From positions 1,760,001 through 1,824,000 of the forward strand of contig OZ220089.1 of the NCBI GenBank assembly GCA_964291625.2: a stretch of DNA of 64,000 nucleotides, written 5' to 3'. The notes below the pieces were generated by a model. The model had not been told where the DNA came from. It saw only the letters and a program-made list of their open reading frames with translations, and did no database searches. The position numbers and the translations under genes are program-made. Source of the DNA: Candidatus Latescibacterota bacterium. Lineage in GTDB: Bacteria; Latescibacterota; UBA2968; UBA8231. Each line of letters begins with the position of its first letter. Position 1 is the first letter of the stretch. Of the stretch, positions 1 through 12,162 are shown one piece after another.

Positions 1-1673
1 CCGACGGCGGTGTAGATCCAGTTCTCCCAGTGCGGCCCATCGAGGCTCTGGATGCGCGCCGCGGCATTGTCGAAGGGATAGCGGGCGGCGCCGCCGAAGA
101 AGAACTGGTCGGTGTTGATCCCCCCGTACTCGTAGGCGAGCTGGAGGATCGACCAGATCGAGCTGGCCAGGGTGAGGACGATGGCGATCAGCATCGCCCA
201 GAACACCAGCCGCCGCCGCCGGTGGATCGCCTCCTGCACCAGCTTGAGGCCGTTGGCGGCCGAGGCCATGACGAAGGTCAGGATGTCGCTGGCCCAGATG
301 TAGGTGAAGGCGAGGGCGACGACGCCGCTCGATCCCAGGGCGCGGGTGCCGAAGTTGGCGGCCACGAAGTCGGAGGCGATCATGGGCGCGAAGATGTGGG
401 CCAGCCCGCCCTCGGCGACGACCCGGGTGATGCCGAGGAAGAGGACGAAGGCGAGGAACAGGTAGACGAGGGTGAGCCACGGCAGCAGCCCCGACTGCCA
501 CAGCCACACGCCCATGAAGGCCAGGCTGAAGAACAGCAGCACCACCGCCGCGCGGTACGACAGGATCTCGTCGGAGTCGTCGACGGCGGCATCGCCGGTG
601 AGGGCCTTGCGGGCGACCTCGCGCAGGTGGCCGCGGGCCGTCCACAGGCCGTAGAGGACGAGGACGATGATGGCGCCGAACCCCTGGTGGACGATGATCG
701 AGCCCGTGTAGGCGCTGTAGACGCCGAGGACGGGGTCGATCTTCTGCAGTCCGAGGATGTTGAAGATCCCCTGCTGGCAGGTGTTGAGGAGGAAGAAGAA
801 GCAGAGGCCGAAGGCGATGTCGCGATTGACGAAGTAGGTGAAGCCCAGCATCTGGAAGCTGAGGCGGATGGGGACCGACACGCTCTCGCGGAAGAGGGGG
901 ATCGACGCGTCGAGGCGCACCGTGGGGATGTAAGGGAAGTAGTGGTTCAGGCCGTTGAGGGACTGCACCACGGCGGGCACCAGGAACCCGATCCACATGA
1001 GCCGGCTGCGGAAGAACGGCTTGATCAGGGACGGGCGTTCCTCGTCCTCCTCGATCATCGACAGGGGCACCTGCACCAGGGGGTAGACGAGCCGTTCCCG
1101 CTCCACCCACTGCTTCCGCAGGATGGCCATGCTGCTGATCATGGCCACGTAGAGAGCCAGGATGAAGGGGATCCACATGGCCAGGGGCCGCAGCCAGAGG
1201 CCCCAGGGGATGCCCATGCCCTCGGGGGCGCCCTCGTAGAAGCTGCGCACCGCCTCCATCTCGTGGTGGGGGATGATCCAGTCCGGCACCGAGGGCACCA
1301 GGACGTCGTTCCAGGCGTTCTCGGGCGTGGCGTAGTAGATCAGGGAGGTGATGTCGGGCAGCAGGAAGGCCGTCAGCCCCCACTCGGGGATCGCCGTGGC
1401 CACGATCCACATGATGTAGACCAGGGCCAGCTCGCCGCGGTTGAGCATCCAGCCGCGCCGCATCAGGCCGATGGCGGTGTTGACGAAGAGGACCAGGAAG
1501 AAGAACAGGATGATCGCCGCCGGGGTGTTGAAGTAGGAGGCGATCCGCGACCCGTGGAGCACCATGTTGCAGTAGGGCACCCCGGCGCCGATGGCGATCG
1601 ATCCGGCGGCGCCCACGAGGAGGGCGCGCAGCCCGGGCGCGGAGGTCTTCCCTGGGTCGGGTGATGTCTTCAC
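1..1673 (-). CDS. DUF6785-family polytopic membrane protein (putative transporter), truncated by the window edge
   Basis: Not in the ORF track because its stop lies outside the window. Hand translation from GTG 1673 gives MKTSPDPGKTSAPGLRALLVGAAGSIAIGAGVPYCNMVLHGS...ELALVYIMWIVATAIP...YYATPENAW...ILRKQWVERERLVYPLVQVP. Many TM segments; RKQW..xERL.YPL is typical of DUF6785. Confidence 0.7.
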   Translation of the reverse strand, partial: MKTSPDPGKTSAPGLRALLVGAAGSIAIGAGVPYCNMVLHGSRIASYFNTPAAIILFFFLVLFVNTAIGLMRRGWMLNRGELALVYIMWIVATAIPEWGLTAFLLPDITSLIYYATPENAWNDVLVPSVPDWIIPHHEMEAVRSFYEGAPEGMGIPWGLWLRPLAMWIPFILALYVAMISSMAILRKQWVERERLVYPLVQVPLSMIEEDEERPSLIKPFFRSRLMWIGFLVPAVVQSLNGLNHYFPYIPTVRLDASIPLFRESVSVPIRLSFQMLGFTYFVNRDIAFGLCFFFLLNTCQQGIFNILGLQKIDPVLGVYSAYTGSIIVHQGFGAIIVLVLYGLWTARGHLREVARKALTGDAAVDDSDEILSYRAAVVLLFFSLAFMGVWLWQSGLLPWLTLVYLFLAFVLFLGITRVVAEGGLAHIFAPMIASDFVAANFGTRALGSSGVVALAFTYIWASDILTFVMASAANGLKLVQEAIHRRRRLVFWAMLIAIVLTLASSIWSILQLAYEYGGINTDQFFFGGAARYPFDNAAARIQSLDGPHWENWIYTAV

Positions 1674-1731
1674 GGGAGTCGGCCGGCGCAACGTAGGCAG
1701 GGGCCCTTCGGCCCGCAAACGGAGACGGGCC

Positions 1732-3447
1732 TCACGGCTGGCGGACCCGCACGACGCGGTCGGCCGCCATCGGGCCCAGCCTCTGCGATCCGCCGCCGGG
1801 CCAGCGCACCTCCACGGCGTCCACCGTGGCCCGCGGCCCCAGGCCGAAGTGGGCCCGGGTATCGTTGTGGGAGAGGTAGCTGCCGCCGGCGGCGATCTCC
1901 ACCGTCCTCGAGAGATCGCCGGCGGTCACCGTCACGAGAGCGCCGACGCCGTCGCGGTTGGCCGCCGTGCCCCGCAGATCGACGATGAGCCAGTGCCCCG
2001 CCGCAGGACCGTCGTTGCGCAGCAGCGCCGGCCGGTCGTCGAGGCGCATGGCCACCAGGTCGACGTCGCCGTCCTCGTCCCAGTCGCCCTTCATCAGGCC
2101 GCGGGTGACGCCGGGCCGGGCGAGATCCCCCCCCGGCGCCGGCTCGAAGCGGTGTCCCGCCGCGGCGCCGAGGTTGAGCAGCAGCAGATCGGGCTGCGCG
2201 TAGCGGGGCCCGTCGAGGAGACGGACCTGCGGGTAGACGTGCCCCTGGCCGACGGCCAGGTCGAGATCGCCGTCGTTGTCGGCGTCGAGGAAGCAGGTGC
2301 CGAAGGCGAGGCCCGGCAGGCCCACCTGGGCCAGACCGGCTTCGTGGGATGCGACGGTGAAGCGGCCGCCGCCGTCGTTGCGGTAGAGGGTGTTGTAGTC
2401 GTCCTCGAAGTGGGTGACGAAGAGATCGCCGTCGCCGTCGCCGTCGTAGTCGCCGCTGGCGATGCCCATGCCGGCCTGGGCCGTGCCCTCGGCGCTGAAG
2501 GCGGCGCGGGCTTCCCAGGCCGCCTCCCGGAACCGCGGTCCGCCGCCGCCCTCGTTGCGGAACAGGTAGTTGGGCGCCGAGTCGTTGGCCACGTAGATGT
2601 CCGGGTCGCCGTCACCGTCGTAGTCGGTGAAGACGACCCCGAGGCCGTACGTCGGGTCCACCCCGGCCACTCCCGCGGACCGGCCGACCTCCGCGAAGCG
2701 GCCCCCGTCGTTTCGCAGCAGGGCATCGGCGTGGCCGGGCAGCCCCATGGGGCCGGCGAAGACCATCAGACCCTTCCACATCCCGGCCCGCGGCGGGATG
2801 GCGTCGACGTCGAAGTCGACGTAGCGGGCGACGTAGAGGTCGAGGTCGCCGTCCAGGTCGTAGTCGCCGAAGGCGGCGCCCGTGCACCAGCCGCCGAGGT
2901 CCAGGGAACCGTCCTCGGCGTAGAGCACCCCCTCCGCGCCGAGGTTCCGGTAGAGGCCGGCCCCGTCGAGACGCGTGACTACGAGGTCGGCGTCGCCGTC
3001 GTTGTCGACGTCGGCCGCCGAGGCCCCCATGCCCCAGCCTTCCCCGGCCGCGGCGGGCAGGCCCGTCTCGGCAAAGGTGCCGTCCCGCCGGTTGAGGTAG
3101 AGGGCGTCGGACGAGGCGGCGGGATCGTCCTCCTCCAGGGTGCCGCCGTTCACGAGGTAGAGGTCGAGCCAGCCGTCCCCGTCGGCGTCGAAGAGGGCGC
3201 CGCCGCCGCCCTTCGCCTCCACGATGTAGTCCTTGACCCCGCCCCCGGCGCGGTGGCGGAAGCGGATCCCGGCCTCCTCGGTGACGTCCGTGAAGCGGGG
3301 GCCGGCGCCGACCTCCCCCTCGGCCTCCGCGCCCGCGGCGGGGGCGGCCTCCTGCGGCGGCCGGGAGGCGTCTCCCGTGCAGGCGGCGAGACAGGCCGCC
3401 ATGGCCGCCGCCCGGCGCAGGACCGCCGCCCGCCTGCCGCTACTCAC
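1732..3447 (-). CDS. CRTAC1-family FG-GAP repeat protein with C-terminal ASPIC/UnbV domain, probable lipoprotein
   Basis: Repeated D.D.DGD.DL Ca-binding FG-GAP motifs, RFTDVTEEAGI start, GGSYLSHND..AHFGLG...VEVRWPGG ASPIC motif, lipobox-like LAAC. Confidence 0.9.
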   Translation of the reverse strand: MSSGRRAAVLRRAAAMAACLAACTGDASRPPQEAAPAAGAEAEGEVGAGPRFTDVTEEAGIRFRHRAGGGVKDYIVEAKGGGGALFDADGDGWLDLYLVNGGTLEEDDPAASSDALYLNRRDGTFAETGLPAAAGEGWGMGASAADVDNDGDADLVVTRLDGAGLYRNLGAEGVLYAEDGSLDLGGWCTGAAFGDYDLDGDLDLYVARYVDFDVDAIPPRAGMWKGLMVFAGPMGLPGHADALLRNDGGRFAEVGRSAGVAGVDPTYGLGVVFTDYDGDGDPDIYVANDSAPNYLFRNEGGGGPRFREAAWEARAAFSAEGTAQAGMGIASGDYDGDGDGDLFVTHFEDDYNTLYRNDGGGRFTVASHEAGLAQVGLPGLAFGTCFLDADNDGDLDLAVGQGHVYPQVRLLDGPRYAQPDLLLLNLGAAAGHRFEPAPGGDLARPGVTRGLMKGDWDEDGDVDLVAMRLDDRPALLRNDGPAAGHWLIVDLRGTAANRDGVGALVTVTAGDLSRTVEIAAGGSYLSHNDTRAHFGLGPRATVDAVEVRWPGGGSQRLGPMAADRVVRVRQP

Positions 3448-6323
3448 CGGCCTGCAGCCGGCGGTGGACGGCCCGGTAGTGGAGCACGTCCTGGAGCTCC
3501 CAGTAGCGGCTCAGTCCCAGGGCCCGTCCGCGGAAGTCGTCGGCCAGGATGCAGGCCTCCATCACCTGCCGGGCCTTGTCGAGGAAGGCCGCGTCCCCCG
3601 TGACCTCGTAGCCCCAGAACAGGGGCAGCACGTCCTGCAGGGCGTAAGCCACCAGGTGGACGTGCTGCAGGGGGTCGTTGCCGTGGATGAAGCCCGGTTC
3701 GGTGGGCGACATCCAGCTGTATGCCATGTTGTGGGCGAGTTGCGACACGGCCCGCCCCGCCGCCTCGGCGCCGGTGGCCCGCCAGTAGCGCATCAGGCCC
3801 GCCGTCAGGATGGCGTTCATCCCCGGGATCCCGCCCCGGTAGTGCCAGGTGGCGGGGGGCTCGCTGAAGTGGCCGAGACGGGGATGGAGCTGTCCCAGGG
3901 CCGCTCCGGCCAGGCCGGCGGCGAACTCGAGGTAGCGGTCGCGGCCGGTGTGCTCCCAGGCGATGACGGCGCTGCGCAGGGGCCACCCCGCGGCGCGCCC
4001 CGATCCGGCGCGGACGCCGATCTCCTCCTTCACCAGCCAGTCGGCGATTCCGGCGGCGGCGGCGAAGGCGTCCTCGTCGCCGGTGAGGGACCAGAGCAGG
4101 AAGAGGCCCGCCACCGGCGCGTTGAGGGCGTACGGGCGGCTGCCGGTGTGATAGGGAGCGATGCCGTAGCTGGCCCCCACGAATTGCGGGTCCGGGTGGT
4201 AGTGGCAGATGTCCAGGTCGATGAAGTGGCGCTGGTAGGCCTCGGCGTAGTCGAGGAAGTCCCGCCGCCCCGACAGGAGGGAGACGGCCAGGGACCCGTA
4301 GTCGACCTCCTGGTACATGTTCCCCCAGGTGCCCCGGTACGCCGAGTAGACCGAGTCGGAGTAGTGGTCCGGCCAGTTGCGCAGGCCCAGGGGCTGGGTG
4401 CAGGCCAGGCCCGGGGCGCCGACGGCGGCGATCAGCTCGTGGAGGGGCGCGTCCGAGGCGGCCGTCAGGGGCGCCCCGAGGCCGAGGGCGCCGTTGCCGG
4501 CGTACCACTCGGGCGAGAACAGCGCCGGCGGCCGGGCGAAGGCCTCGAAGGCGGGCAGGTGGGGCTCCAGGCCTCCCTCGTAGAAGCAGAGCAGCAACTC
4601 GTGCCGGCGCGCCTCCCCGCGGGACATGACGTACTGCTCGTACTCGATGGTGGGGGTGAACAGGTCGAAGACCAGCTGGCCCCCCTGGCCGGCCCACATG
4701 CGCTTGGGATAGAGCTGGCGGAAGTGCCTCACCCGGCCCGCCACCCCGAGGCCCCCGGCCTCGATGGCCATGGGCGCCTCCCAGTGGGTGCCCCGCTCCT
4801 TGCGCCCGTCGTCGCCCCCGAAGACCTCGAAGCCGTCGGCGCGGTGCTGGCGCACCAGCAGGCGCTCCATCTCCGACGCGCCGGTGGGCGACCGGTGCGA
4901 GCCGGCCACCGCCTCCCCGTCCTTCAGGGTGGTCTGCAGTCTCAGGGAGATCTCCTCCACCAGCTGCGCCGGGGCGGCGGTGTCGTTGAAGATCCGGAAG
5001 AACAGGCGGATCCAGGGCCGGCCGCGGTAGGCGTGCACGCGCAGGGTGAACCGCCCCAGGCTGCGGTCGGCGGCGGCCAGCCTCCCCTTGGCGAGCACCG
5101 CCACCCGCTCGGACCCGGCCTCCTCCACCGACACCGAATCGGCCACCGCCCGCCAGCGGGTGCGTTCCCAGCCGTCGCGGGTGACGACGCGGCCCACGAA
5201 TCCCTCCACGAGGCGGCGGCCCCCCAGATCCACCGCCTCGATCAGGGTCTCCGCGCCGCGGCTGACCCGGAAGCTCAGGACCCCCGTGTCGACGCGAATC
5301 CCCTGGCCGTCGGCGGCGGCGGTGAGTCCCGCAGCCGGAGGCCGCGGCTCCACCGCCGCGCCGTACCCCAGGGTGAGGCCGCTCTCGCGGTCTTGCGCCC
5401 GGGCCGGGAAGTCGAGGAGGAGCCAGCGCACGCTGCCGTCGTCCCAGCGCGTCAGCACCCGCCCCTGCAGGGGGATCGCTTCTCCATCGGCCCCCGCCAG
5501 GCGCACCCGGGCCGGGTCGGGGAGGCGGCCGCGGGCGAAGGGCACTCCCCAGGTCGCCGGGTAGCCTTCGGGCGGCAGGCCTCCCGGCGCGTCCAGCCGG
5601 AAGGTGTGCCGGCCCTCGGCGGCCGGACCCGCCGGAGCGGGCCTCACGGGGGCGAAGGGGACCGGCCGGCGGGCGGGGTTGCGCTCCCACGGCAGCGGTT
5701 CGGCGCTCAGGGCCGCGTCGCCGAAGAATGAGCGCGTGTAGAACTTCCGCCGCGCCGCCTCCGGGTCGGCGAGTCCGTCCCAGCTCCACACGCCGAGGTA
5801 GAACTCGTCGCCCGGCAGCCGCTCGGCGGAGGCCACCCGGTCGAAGATGCGCAGGGTCAGGTCGAACTCGTCCCCCGGCGCCAGCTCGCCGAGGTCGACG
5901 TGGACGTAGCTGCCGGCGCCCTCGGCGTCGCCCACGTCGCGCTCCCAGACGAGGCGCCCGTCCACGAGGACCTGCTTGAACCGGTGGCCGGCGAAGTGGT
6001 GGGCCGAGGCGTAGGTGTGGGTCCACCCGGCCCGGGCCTGGTCCCAACCCTCACCGACGTACGTGTCCTCGGCGAAGAGGTTGAGCCAGACCGGCCCCTG
6101 CCAGTGGGCGGGCAGGCGCACGCGGGTGGTCAGGGATCCGTAGTCGCCGGCCTCCGCCTCCGCCCACGGATGGAAGATCTGGCGCAGGCCGCGCGGATCG
6201 GCGACCTCCAGGTAGCGGCCCCGGCTCTCGAAGCGCCACTCCACCCCGTCGAAGCCGAGATCGATCACCTCCGCCGCCCCGGGGGAGAGGGCGGAGAGCA
6301 GGAGCCCCGTGAGGGCGCCGATC

Positions 6324-7146
<823 letters not shown>

Positions 7147-7163
<17 letters not shown>

Positions 7164-9318
7164 TCGTGCCCAGCCGCTGTTCCTCGCCGGAGTCGGTCTC
7201 GAGGACGATCCGGTAGAGGTAGACCCCCGCCGGCACGGCGGCATCGTTCTCGTCGCGGCCGTCCCAGCCCAGGACGCCGGCCCCGGCCTCTCCGAAGATC
7301 CCGCGCACGACAGCCGTGTCTCTCAGGCGCCGCACCAGGCGGCCCGACAGGTCGTGGAGGGAGACCTCCAGGATCCTGGGATCGGAGAGCTCGTGCACCT
7401 GGAAGCGGAAGTAGACCTCGTCGTTGACGCCGTCTCCGTTGGGGGTGAACGGACTCGGCCCCGCCTCCACGCCGGTGATCAGGCCCGATCCGACCTCCCC
7501 CGTGCGCACCCCCAGGACGTTGCCGGGATAGCTGATGTTGGCCTCGCCGGCCACGATCTGCTGCCTGACGCCGGTGGAGCCGGAGTCGAAGACCCACCCG
7601 GCGAACTCGGTGCCGTAGCGCACGACCCTGGTATCGAACTCCACCTCGATGAGCTTGAAGGCGTCGCCCGGACCCCGAAGCTCTGGCAGGGAGAGGAGGA
7701 TCCGGTCCTCCTGGATCTCCGGCCTGAACTCGCCGGTGAGGTCGATCTCCACGGCGTCGACCCGCACCGCCCGCACCGTGTCGGCCCGGGTGAGGGTGAA
7801 GATCTCCAGCCGGTCGAAGCCCTGCTCCTCGGTCTCGAAGTCCGGCAGGACGCTGTAGGTGAAGCGGGTCGATCCCAGGCGCTCGGCGTCGACGGGCCAG
7901 ACCTCGCCCAGGACCAGGCTCGCGGCGGGGTCGGAGAACTGGATCTCGATCTCTCTCAGCCTGGCGGCGTCGTTCGTCCTGGAGAGGAAGACCATCTGCA
8001 CCTGCAGGTAGCGGGCCGGCCCGGGAGACCGGATCGGCGCGCCGTCGGTCCAGGCGTCGGGATCGGCGTCGGGATCGACGAGGGACTCCTCCCAATCGTA
8101 CGGGGAGGACCAGAAGCTCCAGTTTTCCGCGTCGAGGGTGACCCGGCGCGCGGTGATGTCGGACCGCTCCCACTGCTGGCGGTCGATCTGCTGGAACTCC
8201 CCCGGGATCGTGCTCGGCTCCCAGTATAGGTTGGGGTCGGGATCCTGGCCGGTGCGGGTGCGCAGCAGCAGCCGCGCCTCCGGATCCCTGGCGCCGTCCC
8301 AGCGGATCTTCCCCAGGGCCATCGGCTGCCCCAGGTCGAGGACGGAGGTGGTGTAGACCGCCCGGGGGACGAAGCCCTCCCCGAAGACCTCGAACTCGGC
8401 GATCTCCCAGTTTCGGATCGGGTGCAGGGGCCGGAAGGTGATCCACTGGTACATCCGTGTCGGGAACCGCAGGTCCACGACGATCTCCTGGTTCTCCGTC
8501 TCGGAGGCGATGATGTCCCAGCGGGAATCGGACTGCGCACTGGCGGTGTACTGGATGCGCCGGAAGAAGGGGCTGGTGCTGGTGCGCCAGTAGCAGTTGC
8601 CGGCGAAGTTGTGGATCGCGTGGGCCCCCGCCACCTCGAACCAGGGCAGGAAGTTCCCGGAGAAGTCCTCCTCCAGGAGGGCCTCGGGATCGAGCCCGGG
8701 CTCATCCATCGCCTCGAGGATCTCGTCGAACCTGACGTTCTCGCTGCCGATGCGCGGGTAGAAGCGGACGCGGTTGACAGGGTAGTTGAGGCCGAGGTCG
8801 ATGATCGTGTTCTGGATGTAGAAACCGCGCCGCACATCCGGACTGTCCGAGGCGTTGGCGGTGTAGAAGGCCGCCGTCGTCGGATCTCCGTCGAACATGG
8901 GCCGCGCCTTGGTCACCTGCGAGATGTTGTTGTAGCACGTCCCGCTGGTGATGATGTTGTTGGAGATGCCCCGGCTGATGCGGTCCCGGACCCCGTCCCG
9001 GGCAAGGTTGAGGTTGGGGGATATGTAGAACGGCTGCAGCCACACGCCGCCGAGGCTGTCCACCAGGGCGGTCAGGGTGTCGCCCCAGGTGGGGAAGTCC
9101 TGGATCGTCGACAGGCTCCGGGTGCGGATCACCTGTCCGTCCGCGTCCAGAACCTGCGAGACCCCGGGCTCGAAGGAGATGGGCGTCCCCCAGGGATTGC
9201 CGTCTTCCCCTCCGATTCCGTACACGTCGAAGGCGGCCCCGGGGTCCGGGTTCCAGAGGGCCCACGAGATCGCGAAAAGCGCCTGCGGGATGCGGCCAGC
9301 CGGGCGGCGGCGGGTCAT
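7147..9318 (-). CDS. Large secreted protein with C-terminal FlgD-Ig / gliding-motility-CTD-like domain (paralog 1)
   Basis: Signal peptide; DLG..VNRVRFYPR, RTRTG, WSFWS, SPFTPNGDGVND, WDGRD...PAGVYL; ends IAVAY. Confidence 0.75.
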
Positions 9319-9435
9319 GCTCTCCCCCTCTCAAACGGGGCTCGTCAGCGAGAAAGGAATGTGCTACAATATCATTCAGCCGGCCCGGGGAATCAATCTG
9401 CCTTCCCCGGGCCGATCGCCACTGGAGGCTGAGCC

Positions 9436-12141
9436 ATGACCCTTGGAAGAGCGTGGCTTCCCGCGTTGGCCTGCGTCCTGGCCGCGGCGGTTCCCGCCAT
9501 GTCGCTGGACACCCTGCGCGTGGGCATGTCCGGCAACGTGTCCTGGTCCGGGGAGTCCTTTCTCGAGGGCGTCACCACCATCCCGCCCGAGTACAAGGTC
9601 GAGCGCCAACTCACCGAGGTCGGAAGCACCCCGGGGAACCTCATCGACCTGGAACGCCTCCGGGATACGGCGCCCCGGCTGCTCGTCAAGACCGTCATCG
9701 ACGCCGCCGACCGCGACCTCGCCCGGTTGACGGAGCGTACCTCCTCCACACTGCTCCCCGCCCTCGAGCAGATGCCAGGCGTCGAGGATACCGAGATCGT
9801 CACCGGCGGAAACCTCTTCGCCGTCATCCTCCGCCTGGAGCCGGGCACCGACCTGCTGTCGGCTGCCGAGGCCCTGGACGAGGCCCTCGAAGAGGTGCGG
9901 CAGCCAGGCATCAACCCGGTGGTGCTTCCCGTCGCCCTGGCGCCGGACCACTTGGCCCGGGGGCAGAACGTGGCCCAGCTGGCCCTCGGCTGGGGAGGAC
10001 GCATCGAGGCGCCTGCGGTCAAGGACGTCCCCCGGGCCGAGCTGGAGGAAGTCCTGCTCGAGCTGATCACGCCCGAAGGCTCGGAGGACGCCTTCCAGCG
10101 CAAGGGAGAACGCGGGGCCCTGGGGACCTTCGTCGTCCTCGACCTCGGCGCCCCCATCGGCGTCAACCGGATCCGCTTCTACCCCCGCAACACCGTTCAG
10201 CCGGCTCCCAACTATCCCTTCCAGAACGACTTCCTGCGGCAGTTCGAGCTGATGCTGCACGGCGGCCAGAACCTGGTGCTGGACGGCACCGGCCGCCTCG
10301 TTCCCCAGCTGCAGGACTACGAGGTGCTGCGGCGCACCGTGGACAACCAGGACGCCGTGGTCGATATCGCCGTATCCCCCGCGCGGCTCGTGCGCTTCGT
10401 GCGCCTCAAGGCGATCTCCTCCTTCCCCTACGAGCTCGACGAGATCGAGGTCTTCGGCCAGGGCTTCATCTCCGAGGCCCGCTACCTGTCTCCGGTCTAC
10501 GACCTCGGCTCCGTGGCGACCTGGGGCAACATCAGCTGGATCGAGCGCTTCATCGACCGGCGCCTGGACACCGGCGAGGGCGCCCAGGAGACGGACGACA
10601 ACTGCCAGGTCTTCGAGAAGGAGTTCGCCACCGCCGAGGAAGTGACGGAGACCTGGGGTGACTGCGAGACCGTCGGGGAGAACCGTCCCGGAACCGGATA
10701 CATCACGGTGTGGAACTGCGCGCAGACGGTCTGCCGCGACGACCTCGGCGGTCAGACCGTGACCCCCGGACGAGCCAAGAGGGTGGCTGGTCCCGCCGCC
10801 CGACCGGCCCAGCTCGACTCGGGGGAGGAGGTTTCCCAGGTCCTGGTGCGCACGCGCACGGGGAGCGATGCCTCGCCCCTGCTCTATTGGCGCCGCAACG
10901 TGGAGCGCATCAGCGACCCCGAGCGCTCCGAGTCGCTCGCCGATCCAACCCAGCCGCTGGGCCGCGACGAGTATCTGGGTCTGAGCCCGAACCTCGAGGC
11001 GGTCCCTCCCGAGGTGTGGGACAAGGGTGAGATCACCGACGACCTTGGCCGGTGGAGCCCCTGGTCGGCGCCCTATCGGACCGGGCATCTCCCCGGCGGC
11101 GAGCCGATCCTGTCACCCGGCCCGCGGCGCTTCATCCAGTTCTCCGTGGAGTTCAGGAACCAGGCCATCGACGCCACCAAGGTGATCGAGCAGCTGTCGA
11201 TCGAGTACCTCTCCCCGCCGATCGCCGACGACCTGATCGCCGAGATCTACCCCCGCGACGTGGAGGCCTTCGAGGCCGTGCCTTTCACCTACGCCGTTCG
11301 CGCCCTCATGGACATCCCCGGGATCAAGGGCTTCGACCGCTTCGAGGTCTCCACCCCGACGCGGGTGTTGGGGATCGACCGCATCCGGATCATCGACGGC
11401 TCGCCGGAGGAGAACGTGCTCCTCGAGGCCGGGATCAACGCCGACATCAGCTCCGGCGAGGTGCCGGAAGTGGTGCTGGCCGACGGCAGCCGGCATTCGA
11501 TCCCGTACATCGTGACCTCGGCCGAGGGAGACACCTTCGGCGTCGAATCGGTGACCGACCAGGGCTTCGCCGTCCGCTTTCCACCTGTCCAGCGGCCCTC
11601 CACCGGCGGCCAGCGGCTGGTCAAGATCGACTTCCGCAGCCGGGTCCTGCTATACAGCACCGTCTTCCGCGGGGCCGCGGGGTTCGCCGCGGAGGCCGGG
11701 ACGGTGCAGCGCATCACGCCGGGGAACGCCGCCTTCCTCGGCGAGGGCGACCTGCCCACCGCATCGGGGATCACGGTGCTGAGCCCCTCGATCACCGAGA
11801 GCAGCCTGGTGGGCGCGATCCAGCTGGCTCCGAACCCCTTCACGCCCAACGGCGACGGCATCAACGACGCCCTCGAGGTCGCCTACGACATCACCGCCGT
11901 CACTCGTCCGGCGGAGGTGTCGATCGTCCTCTTCGACCTGTCCGGACGGCAGGTGCGGGAGCTCTACGAGAGTGCCGACCTGAGCGGACACTACGACTCG
12001 GGCTCGCAACCCCGGCTGAGCTGGGACGGCCGCGACGACGACGGCAATCCCGTGCCCCCCGGGATCTACATCCTCCGGGCCTCCGTCGCCGGAGACGCTC
12101 GCACCAGCGAGCAGGTGCGCACCATCGCGGTGGCCTACTGA
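9436..12141 (+). CDS. Large secreted protein with C-terminal FlgD-Ig / gliding-motility-CTD-like domain (paralog 2)
   Basis: GGAGG RBS, signal peptide; DLGAPIGVNRIRFYPR, RTRTG, WSPWS, NPFTPNGDGIND, WDGRD..PPGIY; ends IAVAY. Confidence 0.75.
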   Translation: MTLGRAWLPALACVLAAAVPAMSLDTLRVGMSGNVSWSGESFLEGVTTIPPEYKVERQLTEVGSTPGNLIDLERLRDTAPRLLVKTVIDAADRDLARLTERTSSTLLPALEQMPGVEDTEIVTGGNLFAVILRLEPGTDLLSAAEALDEALEEVRQPGINPVVLPVALAPDHLARGQNVAQLALGWGGRIEAPAVKDVPRAELEEVLLELITPEGSEDAFQRKGERGALGTFVVLDLGAPIGVNRIRFYPRNTVQPAPNYPFQNDFLRQFELMLHGGQNLVLDGTGRLVPQLQDYEVLRRTVDNQDAVVDIAVSPARLVRFVRLKAISSFPYELDEIEVFGQGFISEARYLSPVYDLGSVATWGNISWIERFIDRRLDTGEGAQETDDNCQVFEKEFATAEEVTETWGDCETVGENRPGTGYITVWNCAQTVCRDDLGGQTVTPGRAKRVAGPAARPAQLDSGEEVSQVLVRTRTGSDASPLLYWRRNVERISDPERSESLADPTQPLGRDEYLGLSPNLEAVPPEVWDKGEITDDLGRWSPWSAPYRTGHLPGGEPILSPGPRRFIQFSVEFRNQAIDATKVIEQLSIEYLSPPIADDLIAEIYPRDVEAFEAVPFTYAVRALMDIPGIKGFDRFEVSTPTRVLGIDRIRIIDGSPEENVLLEAGINADISSGEVPEVVLADGSRHSIPYIVTSAEGDTFGVESVTDQGFAVRFPPVQRPSTGGQRLVKIDFRSRVLLYSTVFRGAAGFAAEAGTVQRITPGNAAFLGEGDLPTASGITVLSPSITESSLVGAIQLAPNPFTPNGDGINDALEVAYDITAVTRPAEVSIVLFDLSGRQVRELYESADLSGHYDSGSQPRLSWDGRDDDGNPVPPGIYILRASVAGDARTSEQVRTIAVAY

Positions 12142-12162
12142 GCGCCCGGCGGCGTCAGGCGC

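Noticed and set aside
30-1664. 544-aa plus-strand ORF and the many other long antisense or alternate-frame ORFs (e.g. 3233..5731, 12223..14523, 31262..34045)
   Set aside because: Shadow ORFs typical of high-GC DNA. They lie opposite or overlap genes with clear family motifs and have Arg/Pro/Gly-rich nonsense composition.
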